Positions 53,538-64,000 of a DNA stretch of 64,000 bases are shown here, one piece after another. The stretch's first letter is position 1. Each line of letters begins with the position of its first letter. Under the pieces are notes generated by a model. That model was not told the DNA's origin and searched no databases. It saw only the letters and a program-made list of their open reading frames with translations. Source of the DNA: Octopus vulgaris (lineage: Eukaryota); assembly GCA_951406725.2 (NCBI GenBank), contig OX597823.1:29574001-29638000 (forward strand), written 5' to 3'. The position numbers and the translations under genes are program-made.

Positions 53538-54704
53538 ACAATGCTTAGCGGTATTTCGCCCGTCGGTACGTTCTGAGTTCAAATTTCGCCGAGGTCAACT
53601 TTGCCTTTCATCCTTCGGAGTTTTGATAAAATAAGTACCAGTTGAACACTGGGTCGATGTAGTCGACTCATACCCCTCTCCTAAAATTGCTACCCTTGTG
53701 GAAAAATTTGACACCATTATTTTCAACAGTTTTTTTTTTTTTTCGTCTGTCTATGTTACGGATATTGTTCAAAGAAAAAGTAAGACTCGATAAATCTTGC
53801 TAAGTTGTAAAAGTCTCGGTGAATGCAATCGAAATAGTATTAAACTAAAATCGCCATCTGCGTATCATAACAGCATTGATGAGCTCCAAGTAAGGCTAAA
53901 CACATCTGACGCTCTCACGAGTCCCTGCTTGGACGATGTACTTCTCCCTCCGATATGTATATTGTGTTTGAATACAACATGCCTTCGAAGAGATTTTTTT
54001 TCTCTGACAAAATCCACGGCATCACGCCTTTTAACTATATGTATATATTTTCGTATGATATACAGATGACAATTTTAATTTGCTGCTGTTTCACTTGCGA
54101 TTACCGAGTTTTTCACAGCTTGGCAAATCTTTCTGCAATATCAGTGAATGTATTATTTTCTGTTTCCTATAAATCTAAGTACGACATATGGCAAATGAAA
54201 GACAGAAGATGGAATATATGAGAATTTATCATTAGTCACAAGAATTGTTTTGACACATCTAGCATCGATCCTTCATGGGTGGAACACTCAACAACTGGTT
54301 CAGGAGCATCCGGTGGTGCAGATATATCTCGTCGGGGGATAAATAAATACAACTCGTTAAAATAACAGTTCCGCTATCTAACTTCTCATTTTGTAGAAAG
54401 AGCAGCAGCCAGACGGAGGAAACATCTTCATTTATATAGATCAAAAATAAAATCACAGATGGCAAAAAGAGAAACAGGTGTAAAAGCAATGACATTATGG
54501 ATAAACACTAAAACTGAAATTCTTAATGCACCTTACCTGTTTGATTTGTTTTTAAAATTTTCAGGATGAAGTATATTAATTTGAATTAATTAAAATACAG
54601 GTATAATCGATACAAGATTTTATTCTTTCTCTATATTTCATTCAAACATTTTCATTGAAAATAAAGTACCATTACAAAACTTTTACCATTACAAAATTCC
54701 TTTA

Positions 54705-54856
54705 CGCAGGAGTGGCTGTGTGGTAAGTAGCTTGCTTAGCAACCAAATGGTTCCGGGTTCAGTCCCACTGCATGGCACCTTGGGTAAGTGTTTTCTACTA
54801 TAGCCTTGTGAGTGGATTTGTTAGACGAAAAACTGAAAGAAGCCCTTGGTATATAT

Positions 54857-54914
<58 letters not shown>

Positions 54915-54988
54915 ATTGTGTTTGAATTCAACATGCCTTCGAAGAGATTTTATCTCTGACAAAATCCACGGCATCACACCTTTTAACA

Positions 54989-55019
<31 letters not shown>

Positions 55020-55282
55020 TGTATGTATGTATGTATGCACGTATGTATGTATGTATGTATGTATGTATATGTTTGTGTGTCTGTGTTTGTCCCCCCAACA
55101 TCACTTAGCAACCGATGCTGGTGTGTTTACGTCCCCCGTAACTTAGTGCTCCGGTAAGAGAGACCGATAGAAAAAGTACTAGGTTTATAAAGAATAAGTC
55201 CTGGGGTTGATTTGCGCGACTAAAGGAGGTGCTCCAGCATGGCCGCAGTCAAATGACTGAAACAAATAAAAGAATAAAAGAA
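54705..55282 (+). mobile_element. SINE family A copy with internal foreign insert
   Basis: Full-length match; 54914-54987 is non-SINE sequence. Confidence 0.8.
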
Positions 55283-55736
55283 TTACAAAACTCTTTTACC
55301 ATTGGCTATGTACTCTTATAAAATTCAGTGAATGCATTTACATAACAGAAAGTATCTGTGCGACATCTATGGTGTCTTCAGTACAACATGTCTATGAAGA
55401 GGTTTTCTATCCGACAAAAGTCGCAGCATCATGTCTTTCAACATTGTATGTATATGAGGTATGATACAGACATATATATATATATATATATGGAAAAAAG
55501 TCAAGATAGAAAATGCTAAAATAATTTTATAAAAAAACATTTCAGTACCGGTTTCAGTCATTGAGACTTTTTCAACTTTAAGTATGGAAAACAATTAAAT
55601 TTGGAAAAATTTTAAATGTTCTTTTGAAAAGAATATTTGTATAGTGTTCAAATATAAATGGCATTTTCTTTGTTTCTGCCTGTCTCTGCCTCTCTTGTTT
55701 ACTCTTGTGATTCGAGGTCGTTGTGAATTTTTGGTA

Positions 55737-55963
55737 GAGAAGAAGAAGAAGAAGAAGAAGAAGAAGAAGAAGAAGAAGAAGAAGAAGAAGGAGGAGGAGG
55801 AGGAGGAGGAGAAGAAGAAGAAGAAGAAGAAGAAGAAGAAGAAGAAGAAAAAGGAGGAGGAGGAGGAGAAGAAGAAGAAGAAGAAAAAGGAGGAGGAGGA
55901 GGAGAAGAAGAAGAAGAAGAAGAAGAAGAAGAAGAAGAAGAAGAAAAAGAAGAAGAAGCAGAA
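55737..55963. repeat. (GAA/GAG)n polypurine tract
   Basis: About 220 bp of nearly pure purine on the + strand. Confidence 0.95.
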
Positions 55964-56599
55964 GATTTCATACGTTTCAGCCCTAAGGCTGAGAGAGAGA
56001 GAGAAAGAGACAGACAGACAGTTAGATAAATCAATAGATATGTGTGTGTGTGTGCGTATATATTGTATGAATATATATTAGTGTGTCTGTAAACATATAT
56101 TAACACATAAAGACGAGAGTGAGAGAGAGGGAAAGAGAGAGAGAGAGAGAAAGTGGAAAAGAGAGAGAGAGAGAGGAAAAGTGATGAGGAAAGAGAGTTT
56201 GTGTAATGCTGGGAATGTTATTATAAAGCTGGAGGAGGTGTATGTTAAGCGCAATTTCTTTGATGTCATCACGCTGTTCTGAGCAGCCAGGTGTAAACTA
56301 CATTTAGCGCTTCTCTTAATGCAGCCGAGTAGAACGTTGCGCTGTGTTGAGATTTATGCTTTCTGCAGTTACTCTAAAGAAGCGGTGCTCAAACATTTCC
56401 ATGGCACTTATTCTCCGGCGGTATTGATGAACTCATTCTGAAGAATATATTGTCAAATGGGTTGGATGTGTTAAAACAGACAATAACAGATATAATTTTA
56501 TGAATGTCATAAACTAAGGTATAATCTGTTATTAAATGTATTTGGATGACAAGACTTCTAAACAACATATTTTTGGTTAATAATTTCTATCGACTAAAT

Positions 56600-57235
56600 T
56601 TGATGGAGCACCATTGAAAAGTAAAGTAGTTGGTTGTGATTGGCTCAAAATTCGAACGATTTTTTTTCTTACCTGTCTCGCATACCCTTGAACGAAACAT
56701 TTACTTCTGTGAGAGAATCCCAGCTCTAAACAAATTTAAACATATTTGACGTTCTTTTTGTATAAATTTTGTTTACTAAATATAAGGGAACACTATTTTA
56801 CAAATCGCGCGTACCCCCGTAACTTCTCTAGCATACCCCTGGGTATGCGTATACTTCGCTATGAGAATTACTGCTCTAAAGAATTCCAGACATATCTGAT
56901 GTTTTTTAGACACATAAACTTTATTTACTGAATATGAGGGAGCACCACTGAAAAATATTTGGCTGTGATTACTTCGAAATTCCAATGTCCTGCGTACCCT
57001 TGGAATTTTTCTGTCGTACACTTGGGAGTACGCCTACTTATGTTTCGAAACTCTCGCTCTAAAGAGCTTTTTATAATATAAACTCTATATATTAAATATG
57101 AAGGAGCACGGTAGAAAAATATTTGAATTCTTAGAAATTCCATTCAAGTGTTTTCACAAAATTTGCGTACCCTTGGAATTTTTATAGCGTACCCCAGGGG
57201 TATGCGTACTTATATTTCAGAACTTCTGTGCTAAA
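56600..57235 (+). mobile_element. Degenerate tandem copies of a hAT-like subterminal segment
   Basis: Three repeats of GCGTACCC...GGGTATGCGTA...CTCTAAAGA and GAGCAC..GAAAA landmarks. Confidence 0.4.
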
Positions 57236-57745
57236 GAATGCAACTTCAAACATTTTTTGAAGATACCATTTCCACTTGTCCATTTTTCCATGTACAATTT
57301 GAAGACATAGCAGATCCAGGTTCCATATACTTTATAGAGTTTAGCTATTTGCTTATTGTTGTTACGATTCCAATTAATTTAACTCTGGAATTCACCAGAC
57401 ACTTCTGGAGAAGTCAAGATGAATGAATCCACCACGAAAAATTAAGACCTGCCAAGATGCGCATTGAGATGTTGGAACGTGACACTCTTAACAGGGTGAA
57501 ATTCCATTCGCTGCAAAGGAAGGCGAGGATCTGATTCCAATGGAAATACAGATCAATCAAACGGTATATATACGTGCTTACTCAACCACACACACATACA
57601 CACTCGCGTGCGTATGCATGCACATATACATATATACATATAAACATCCATCCACACAAATATACGAACATGCATACATACATACATACATACATATATA
57701 TATATACATATATATATATACATATATATATACATATATATATAT

Positions 57746-57793
<48 letters not shown>

Positions 57794-57799
57794 ATACAT

Positions 57800-57843
<44 letters not shown>

Positions 57844-57885
57844 CTAGAGGTATATAGAGGTACATATATATATATACATGTATAC

Positions 57886-57933
<48 letters not shown>

Positions 57934-58227
57934 TTATATAATTAATTAGTATATGTAAGTGTGTGTGTATTCATGGATATGCGTACAATGCAACTCTATC
58001 AGGTTAATGTCCTCTGCAGATGTGCAGCATTTATTGGCTGTTTGTTGTTGGTGATATATATGTAAGTGTGCCTCTGTGTGGTGTGTCTGTGTGTGTGTGA
58101 CAGAGAGAGAGAGAGCGTATCTGTACGGCTGCGGTGTTTACGTGCGTGGGTGATCGAGCATGATTCTCAACTGCACTGATTCCAGTACGCGTGTGAGCGT
58201 TGCTAGGTCAATGACATCAGCAAGTGC

Positions 58228-58270
<43 letters not shown>

Positions 58271-58414
58271 TTTTCCCGAATCGTTAATGTGCACCTGTTT
58301 GCTCAGGTAAGCTAATGATCGCTCCATCGATATTTGGAGTACATTTGACAATTCTCTCTCTCCCCCTCTTTCTGTATATATATAAATATATATAAATATA
58401 TATATAAATATATA

Positions 58415-59027
58415 CTCTTTTACTCTTTTATTTTGTTTCAGTCATTTGACTGCGGCCATGCTGGAGCACCGCCTTTAGTCGAGCAAATCGACCCCGGGAC
58501 TTATTCTTTGTAAGCCCAGTATTTATTCTATCGGTCTCTTTTGCCGAACCGCTAAGTGACGGGGACGTAAACACACCAGCATCGGTTGTCAAGCAATGCT
58601 AGGGGGACAAACACAGACACACGAACACACACACATACATATACATATATATACATATATACGACAGGCTTCTTTCAGTTTCCGTCTACCAAATCCACTC
58701 ACAAGGCATTGGTCGGCCCGGGGCTATAGTAGAAGACACTTGTCCAAGGTGCCACGCAGTGGGACTGAACCCGCAACCATGTGGTTGGTTAGCAAGCTAC
58801 TTACCACACAGCCACTCCTGTTTCAGTCATTTGACTGCTGCCAGGCTGGAGCACCGCTTTTAGTCGAGCAAATCGCCCCCAGGACTTATTCTTTGTAAGC
58901 CTAGTACTTATTCTATCGGGCTCTTTTGCCGAACCGCTAAGTTACGGGGACGTAAACACACCAGCATCGGTTGTCAAGCGATGTTGGGGGGGGGACAAAT
59001 TCAGACACACAAACATATACATGTATT

Positions 59028-59103
<76 letters not shown>

Positions 59104-59262
59104 CGACCGGCTTCTTTCAGTTTCCGTCTACCAAATCACGAGGCTTTGGTCGGCCCGAGGCTACAGTAGAAGACACTTGCCCAAGGTGCCGTGCAGTGGG
59201 ACTGAACCCGGAACCATGTGGTTGCTAAGCAAGCTACTTACCACACAGCCACTCCTGCGCCT
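58415..59262 (-). mobile_element. Head-to-tail dimer of SINE family A
   Basis: Two consecutive reverse copies joined at about 58820. Confidence 0.85.
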
Positions 59263-59280
59263 ATATATATATATATATAT

Positions 59281-59707
59281 ACATCACAATCAAGGAACGG
59301 CCATAATAGGCCATTCACCCACTAGAAATAACAGCCAAAGCTTCAACCGCAAAATAACATTAATTCCGCAAACCAGGAGAAAATTAAAAAAACATTTACC
59401 CTGTAATTTCTTATACGGTGCACCGTTTCATCTATTGTTTAATGGTAAACTAACCTGATTAAATTAAATCAAGTCAATCTTCCATAGGCCCTTAGATTCG
59501 TCAGTAAGAAATAGCCAGATCGGAACAGATATTTTCACGAGGCACTTCTGTCCCTGCCTCGGCAATATCTGACCTAAAATTTTCAAATCAACGCACTCGC
59601 GCCAAATTTATCGGTAGCAAATAAATATAAGCCGCCGATTCCATTACGGAATCAATTTATTTCTAGTGGGTGAATGGCCTATTATGGCCGTTCCTTGATT
59701 GTGATGT
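59281..59707. repeat. Perfect 51-bp inverted repeat with 325-bp spacer (MITE/foldback-like)
   Basis: 59281-59331 is the reverse complement of 59657-59707. Confidence 0.8.
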
Positions 59708-59808
59708 TGAACTTATAAATGGTCTATGACTATTTAATTTTTTCCCACTAGGCCGCTGGTGGCAAAAAAATTCTACAAAATTTTTTTTGCCACCCTATAT
59801 TGATTAAT

Positions 59809-59844
<36 letters not shown>

Positions 59845-60196
59845 CATATATATATTCTTTTATTTGTTTCAGTTATTTGACAGCGGCCATCCTGGAGCAC
59901 CGCCTTTAGTCGAGCAACTCGACCCCAGTACTTATTCTTTGTACATATCCTTTTTACTATAGGTGCAAGACTCGAAATTTTGGTGCGTTGTTTGGTCAAT
60001 GACAACGACCTCAATTCTCACCTCGTACAAAATTTACTGGCCCCGAAAGGATAAAAGTTAAAGGCAATCTCAGCGCGGAATTTGAACTCACAACATGAAG
60101 CCAGATGGAATGTATACACACACGCTCGCGCGCGCACACTCTCCTTGGTTATAGTCGTGTATACACACATATAGATATATACATACACACACACTC

Positions 60197-60262
<66 letters not shown>

Positions 60263-60472
60263 GATACAGGATAAAAAATTTTTCGGGAAAAAAAATTTAT
60301 CAATGGCCAGCATATCAAAAAATGCCTTTAAAGGTAAAATTTATACATAATTTACAAGATAAGGGCAGAAGAAAAATTCTAATGCCAGATATGCCGAAAC
60401 AAAAAATTGTCGATAACCATTAAATTTATGCGTCTCGAAACAAACCGATAGAAATCTCTAAAAATTCGTTAT

Positions 60473-60531
60473 TACCGTATTGGTCCAATTTCGGGGTTAA
60501 TTCACAAGAAATTTTCCCCTCTTCAGCGGCA
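60473..60531 (-). ncRNA. Type I hammerhead ribozyme motif (mirror copy, left arm)
   Basis: Reverse complement of 60619-60677. Confidence 0.8.
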
Positions 60532-60618
60532 CATACGCGAGATATATATGAAATACTTATTCATACCCATTCATATTCCATGGGTATGAATAAGTATTTC
60601 ATTTATATCTCGCGTATG

Positions 60619-60677
60619 TGCCGCTGAAGAGGGGAAAATTTCTTGTGAATTAACCCCGAAATTGGACCAATACGGTA
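60619..60677 (+). ncRNA. Type I hammerhead ribozyme motif (Penelope-like, right arm of foldback)
   Basis: Stem I TGCCG/CGGTA, core CTGAAGA (60624-60630), stem II GGGG...CCCC, GAAA (60658-60661), stem III ATTG-GAC-CAAT, cleavage triplet AUA ending at 60672. Confidence 0.8.
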
Positions 60678-60829
60678 ATAACGAATTTTTTAGAGATTTC
60701 TATCGGTTTGTTTCGAGACGCATAAATTTAATGGTTATCGACAAATTTTTGTTTCGGCGTATCTGGCATTAGAATTTTTCTTCTGCCCTTATCTTGTATA
60801 TATATACATATATATATATATATGTATAG

Positions 60830-60977
60830 CCGTGGACGTGGCTGTGTGGTAAGAAGCTAGCTTCCCAACCACATGGTTCCGAGTTCGGTCCCCTTGGATA
60901 AATGTCACTACTATAGCGTCGGGCCGACCAAAGCCCTGTGCGTCGATTTGGTAGACGGAAGCTGAAAGAAACCCGTC

Positions 60978-61075
<98 letters not shown>

Positions 61076-61257
61076 ATATATATTTGTGTGCATGTGTGTG
61101 TGTTTACGTCCCCCGTAATCCAGCGCTTTGGCAAAAAGTGTCCGATAGAATAAGTACTAGGCTTACAAAGAATAAGACCCGGGTTCGATTTGTTCGACTA
61201 AAAGCGGTGCTCCAGCATGACCGCAGTCAAATAACTGAAACAAGTAAAGAAATAAAA

Positions 61258-61262
<5 letters not shown>
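60830..61262 (+). mobile_element. SINE family A copy
   Basis: Match to family A. Confidence 0.8.
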
Positions 61263-61317
<55 letters not shown>

Positions 61318-61769
61318 AAATACATATTATTTACACTGAATCATACGTTCAATTCTTTTCAATTTGTCTGAATTCTGTAAAGTTATTTTCCAAGAAATTC
61401 TTGCAAACATACTCACGTGACTGTAGACACACCACACGCACAAGTTCACACGCGCTCATACAAACAGACACACAACTTATGATTACACGTATATATGTAA
61501 AAAAATGTGTGTGTGTGTGTGTGTGTGTGCGTGTGTATGTGTGTGTGTACCGTTTTTGTTTAATTTGATCTATGCTAACGTCCTGCGCCATTTTTTCTGT
61601 TTATATATGTTAACGTCTATAAAATAGATGTGCGCATTTGTTGGCCAGTCACTGACCGCATGCATGTCTGTCTGTCTGTCTCTCTGTCTTCCTGTTTGCC
61701 CGCGTATCTATTTTTGTCCGTATACATTGCACGCGCATGCGCGCACACATATATATATATATATATTCA

Positions 61770-62360
61770 TAGGAGTGGCTGTGTGGTAAGTAGCTTGCTA
61801 ACCAACCACACGGTTGTGGGTTCAGTCCCACTGCGTGGCATCTTGGGCAAGTGTCTTCTGCTATAGCCCCGGGCCGACCAATGCCTTGTGAGTGGATTTG
61901 GTAGACGGAAACTGAAAGAAGCCTGTCGTATATATGTATATATATAAGTGTGTGTGTATATGTTTGTGTGTCTGTGTTTGTCTCCCTAGCATTGCTTGAT
62001 AACCGATGCTGGTGTGTTTACGTCCCCGTCACTTAGCGGTTCGGCAAAAAGAGACCGATAGAATAAGTACTAAAGGTGGTGCTCCAGCATGGCCGCAGTC
62101 AAATGACTGAAACAAGTAAAAGAGTAAAAGAGTAAAGAGTATATATATTCAAGCGCGTGGGTTTGTTTACACACATATATTTTTTTCGTTTATTCCTTTA
62201 CTTGTTTCAGTCATTTGGCTGCGACCATGCTGGAGCACCGCCTTTAGTTGAACAAATCGACCCCAAGACATATTCTTTGTAAGCTTTAGTACTTATTCTA
62301 TCGGTGTCTTTTGCCGAACCGTTTGTCAATGTATTTTGGGGGACAAACACAGACACATAA
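61770..62360. mobile_element. SINE family A copy (+, 61770-62140) and inverted partial copy (-, 62195-62360)
   Basis: Tail-to-tail matches to family A. Confidence 0.8.
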
Positions 62361-62509
62361 GCATATGCAGGCAAGCATACATACATACATACATACATAC
62401 ATACATACATACATACATACATACATACATACATACATAATATAAATAATATATAAATATATGTATATATACATACATATATGTAGATACCTACATATAT
62501 ATGAATATA

Positions 62510-62915
62510 TACCGCCAACTTTGCCCAAACGACCTGAACATTAGCTTCAAGGTTCATCCAAGACTGGGACCACGGGCCATACGTCCCCTGCCCAATTCGA
62601 GATCACAGCATACATGTACTCTGCAACATAATTTCTTTTCCTCAACAGGCCCTGCTCTATTTAACATTGTCCCGAAAGAGATCAAAGAGGAAAAGGATCC
62701 CATCAACTTTAAACGGAGTCCGGATAGATTCCTTCAAGGAATACCAGATAAGCCACCCATAATTGGATACAACTCACCCAACAAAAACTCACTACTTGAA
62801 TGGACCATAAACAAAACTTGACTTAAACAGGATTTAGATAATCCTATCAGGTGGTGCTATTACGTTAGACATGGCCTGGACCAATCTTTGGTCGAAACAT
62901 ATCTAAGGTTTAAGT
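62510..62915 (+). mobile_element. CR1-group LINE 3' end fragment
   Basis: HNFFSSTGPALFNIVPKEIKEE..FKRSPDRFLQGIPDKP..NSLLEW plus a 3' UTR related to 30040-30090. Confidence 0.7.
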
Positions 62916-63029
62916 TTTTATGGCTGTATCTATGTCAATATATGTACGAATGTATGTATATGTGTGTGTAAGTGCGCGCGCGCATCCGTGTGTTTTGCGC
63001 ATGAGCTTCATGTGTACGTGGGTGTATGC

Positions 63030-63068
<39 letters not shown>

Positions 63069-64000
63069 TGTGTGTGCGCGCGTTTGAATGCGAACAGCTA
63101 GGTCAATGCAACTTTAGTGTGTGGGTGTGTGTATATATATATATCGGTGTATGAAAGACAGTGCTGAATCTTTCAATGTTTGGCAGAGTGACTTGCCTTT
63201 AGTTATCACAAATATGATTTATCACCTGACTGCGTGTGTGGGTGGATGTATTATGTGTGAGTGCGCCTCTGTGTGTGTGTGTGTGCGTGCGTGTGTTTAT
63301 GTGTATTAATACCGGGTCACTCAGTGCACATACAAACGTCGTTATGATGATGATGATGATCAGTAGCAGCAGGAGCAGCAGGAGCAGCAGGAGCAGCAGG
63401 AGCAGCAGCTACAAAGTAGCTTCCTTGCCAGGAGACATATCATTGTTGTAGCCAAGTAAATAGCAAATATGTGGACACTTGACATGCAAAAGGTAGCAGC
63501 AAAATCTCCCCCAATTCACATCCTAAAGTCTTAAAAAAAAAGTAACGTCAAATATCGTGTGCTTGGGTTCCGTATATATAAAAAAAAATCTGGATGATCA
63601 TGGCTGGAATGTCTGTTCGTTAAGGGCTAACGTGTGGACAAACAACAACAGTAAACTTCTAGTAGTAATCATTTCCCTCTCAAGCAATACCCGACCTTTT
63701 TTTAAAGGAAGGACATAGTTTAAATATTCGTATTGGATATACACTGAGTAACAATAAGGTAAGATGGCCAAAGGTGGAATGCTTTGACCATAGTTGTAGT
63801 GGCTGAAGGTCATCTTGAGGTTAAACAAGAGCTCGAGATTGTTAAAACTCAAGTTACCTTCTCGAGTCATGCTGACTTATGGTGTATGATTCCCCCACCT
63901 GGATGGGGCGCTACACCCTCGCAGGATAACTCATTTTTGCCAGGTGAGTGAACTGGAACAAAGTGAAATGAAGTGTTTTGCTCAAGAACACAGCGCGTCG

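Larger units (their letters stand above)
60260..60798. mobile_element. Penelope-like element terminal foldback (inverted pseudo-LTR pair)
   Basis: Near-perfect inverted arms 60353-60570 and 60580-60798 with a 9-nt loop. Unpaired extension of the left arm, hammerhead motif in each arm, (TA)n on both flanks. Confidence 0.7.

Noticed and set aside
55644-56081. Lys/Glu-rich ORF
   Set aside because: Translation of a (GAA/GAG)n microsatellite.

Overview
AT-rich eukaryotic genomic DNA saturated with microsatellites ((TA)n, (CA)n, (TAGA)n, (CATA)n, (ATT)n) and two very abundant tRNA-derived SINE families. This repeat landscape looks like an octopod cephalopod genome (inference, not verified). Almost all ORFs in the track are repeat artefacts. 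The one convincing host coding sequence is a minus-strand first coding exon (23219-23718): a poly-Asn/Thr/Ser N-terminus followed by the first half of a ubiquitin-like domain resembling midnolin/Stuxnet, ending at a GTAAGT donor. I could not find the next exon, so 1-23218 is probably one long intron and 24-64 kb is upstream or intergenic DNA. Fossil elements include a non-autonomous Helitron, a deleted mariner, and RTE, R4/Dong, CR1 and L1/Tx1 LINE fragments. The most interesting structures are: two unrelated foldbacks (41.1-41.3 kb, 60.35-60.8 kb), each carrying a hammerhead ribozyme motif on both arms (Penelope-like); SINE multimers with an invariant 184-bp junction; three motif-dense non-repetitive islands upstream of the midnolin-like exon; a possible 5'-inverted RTE; and locally templated insertions inside SINEs. 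All calls are by eye, with no database searches.
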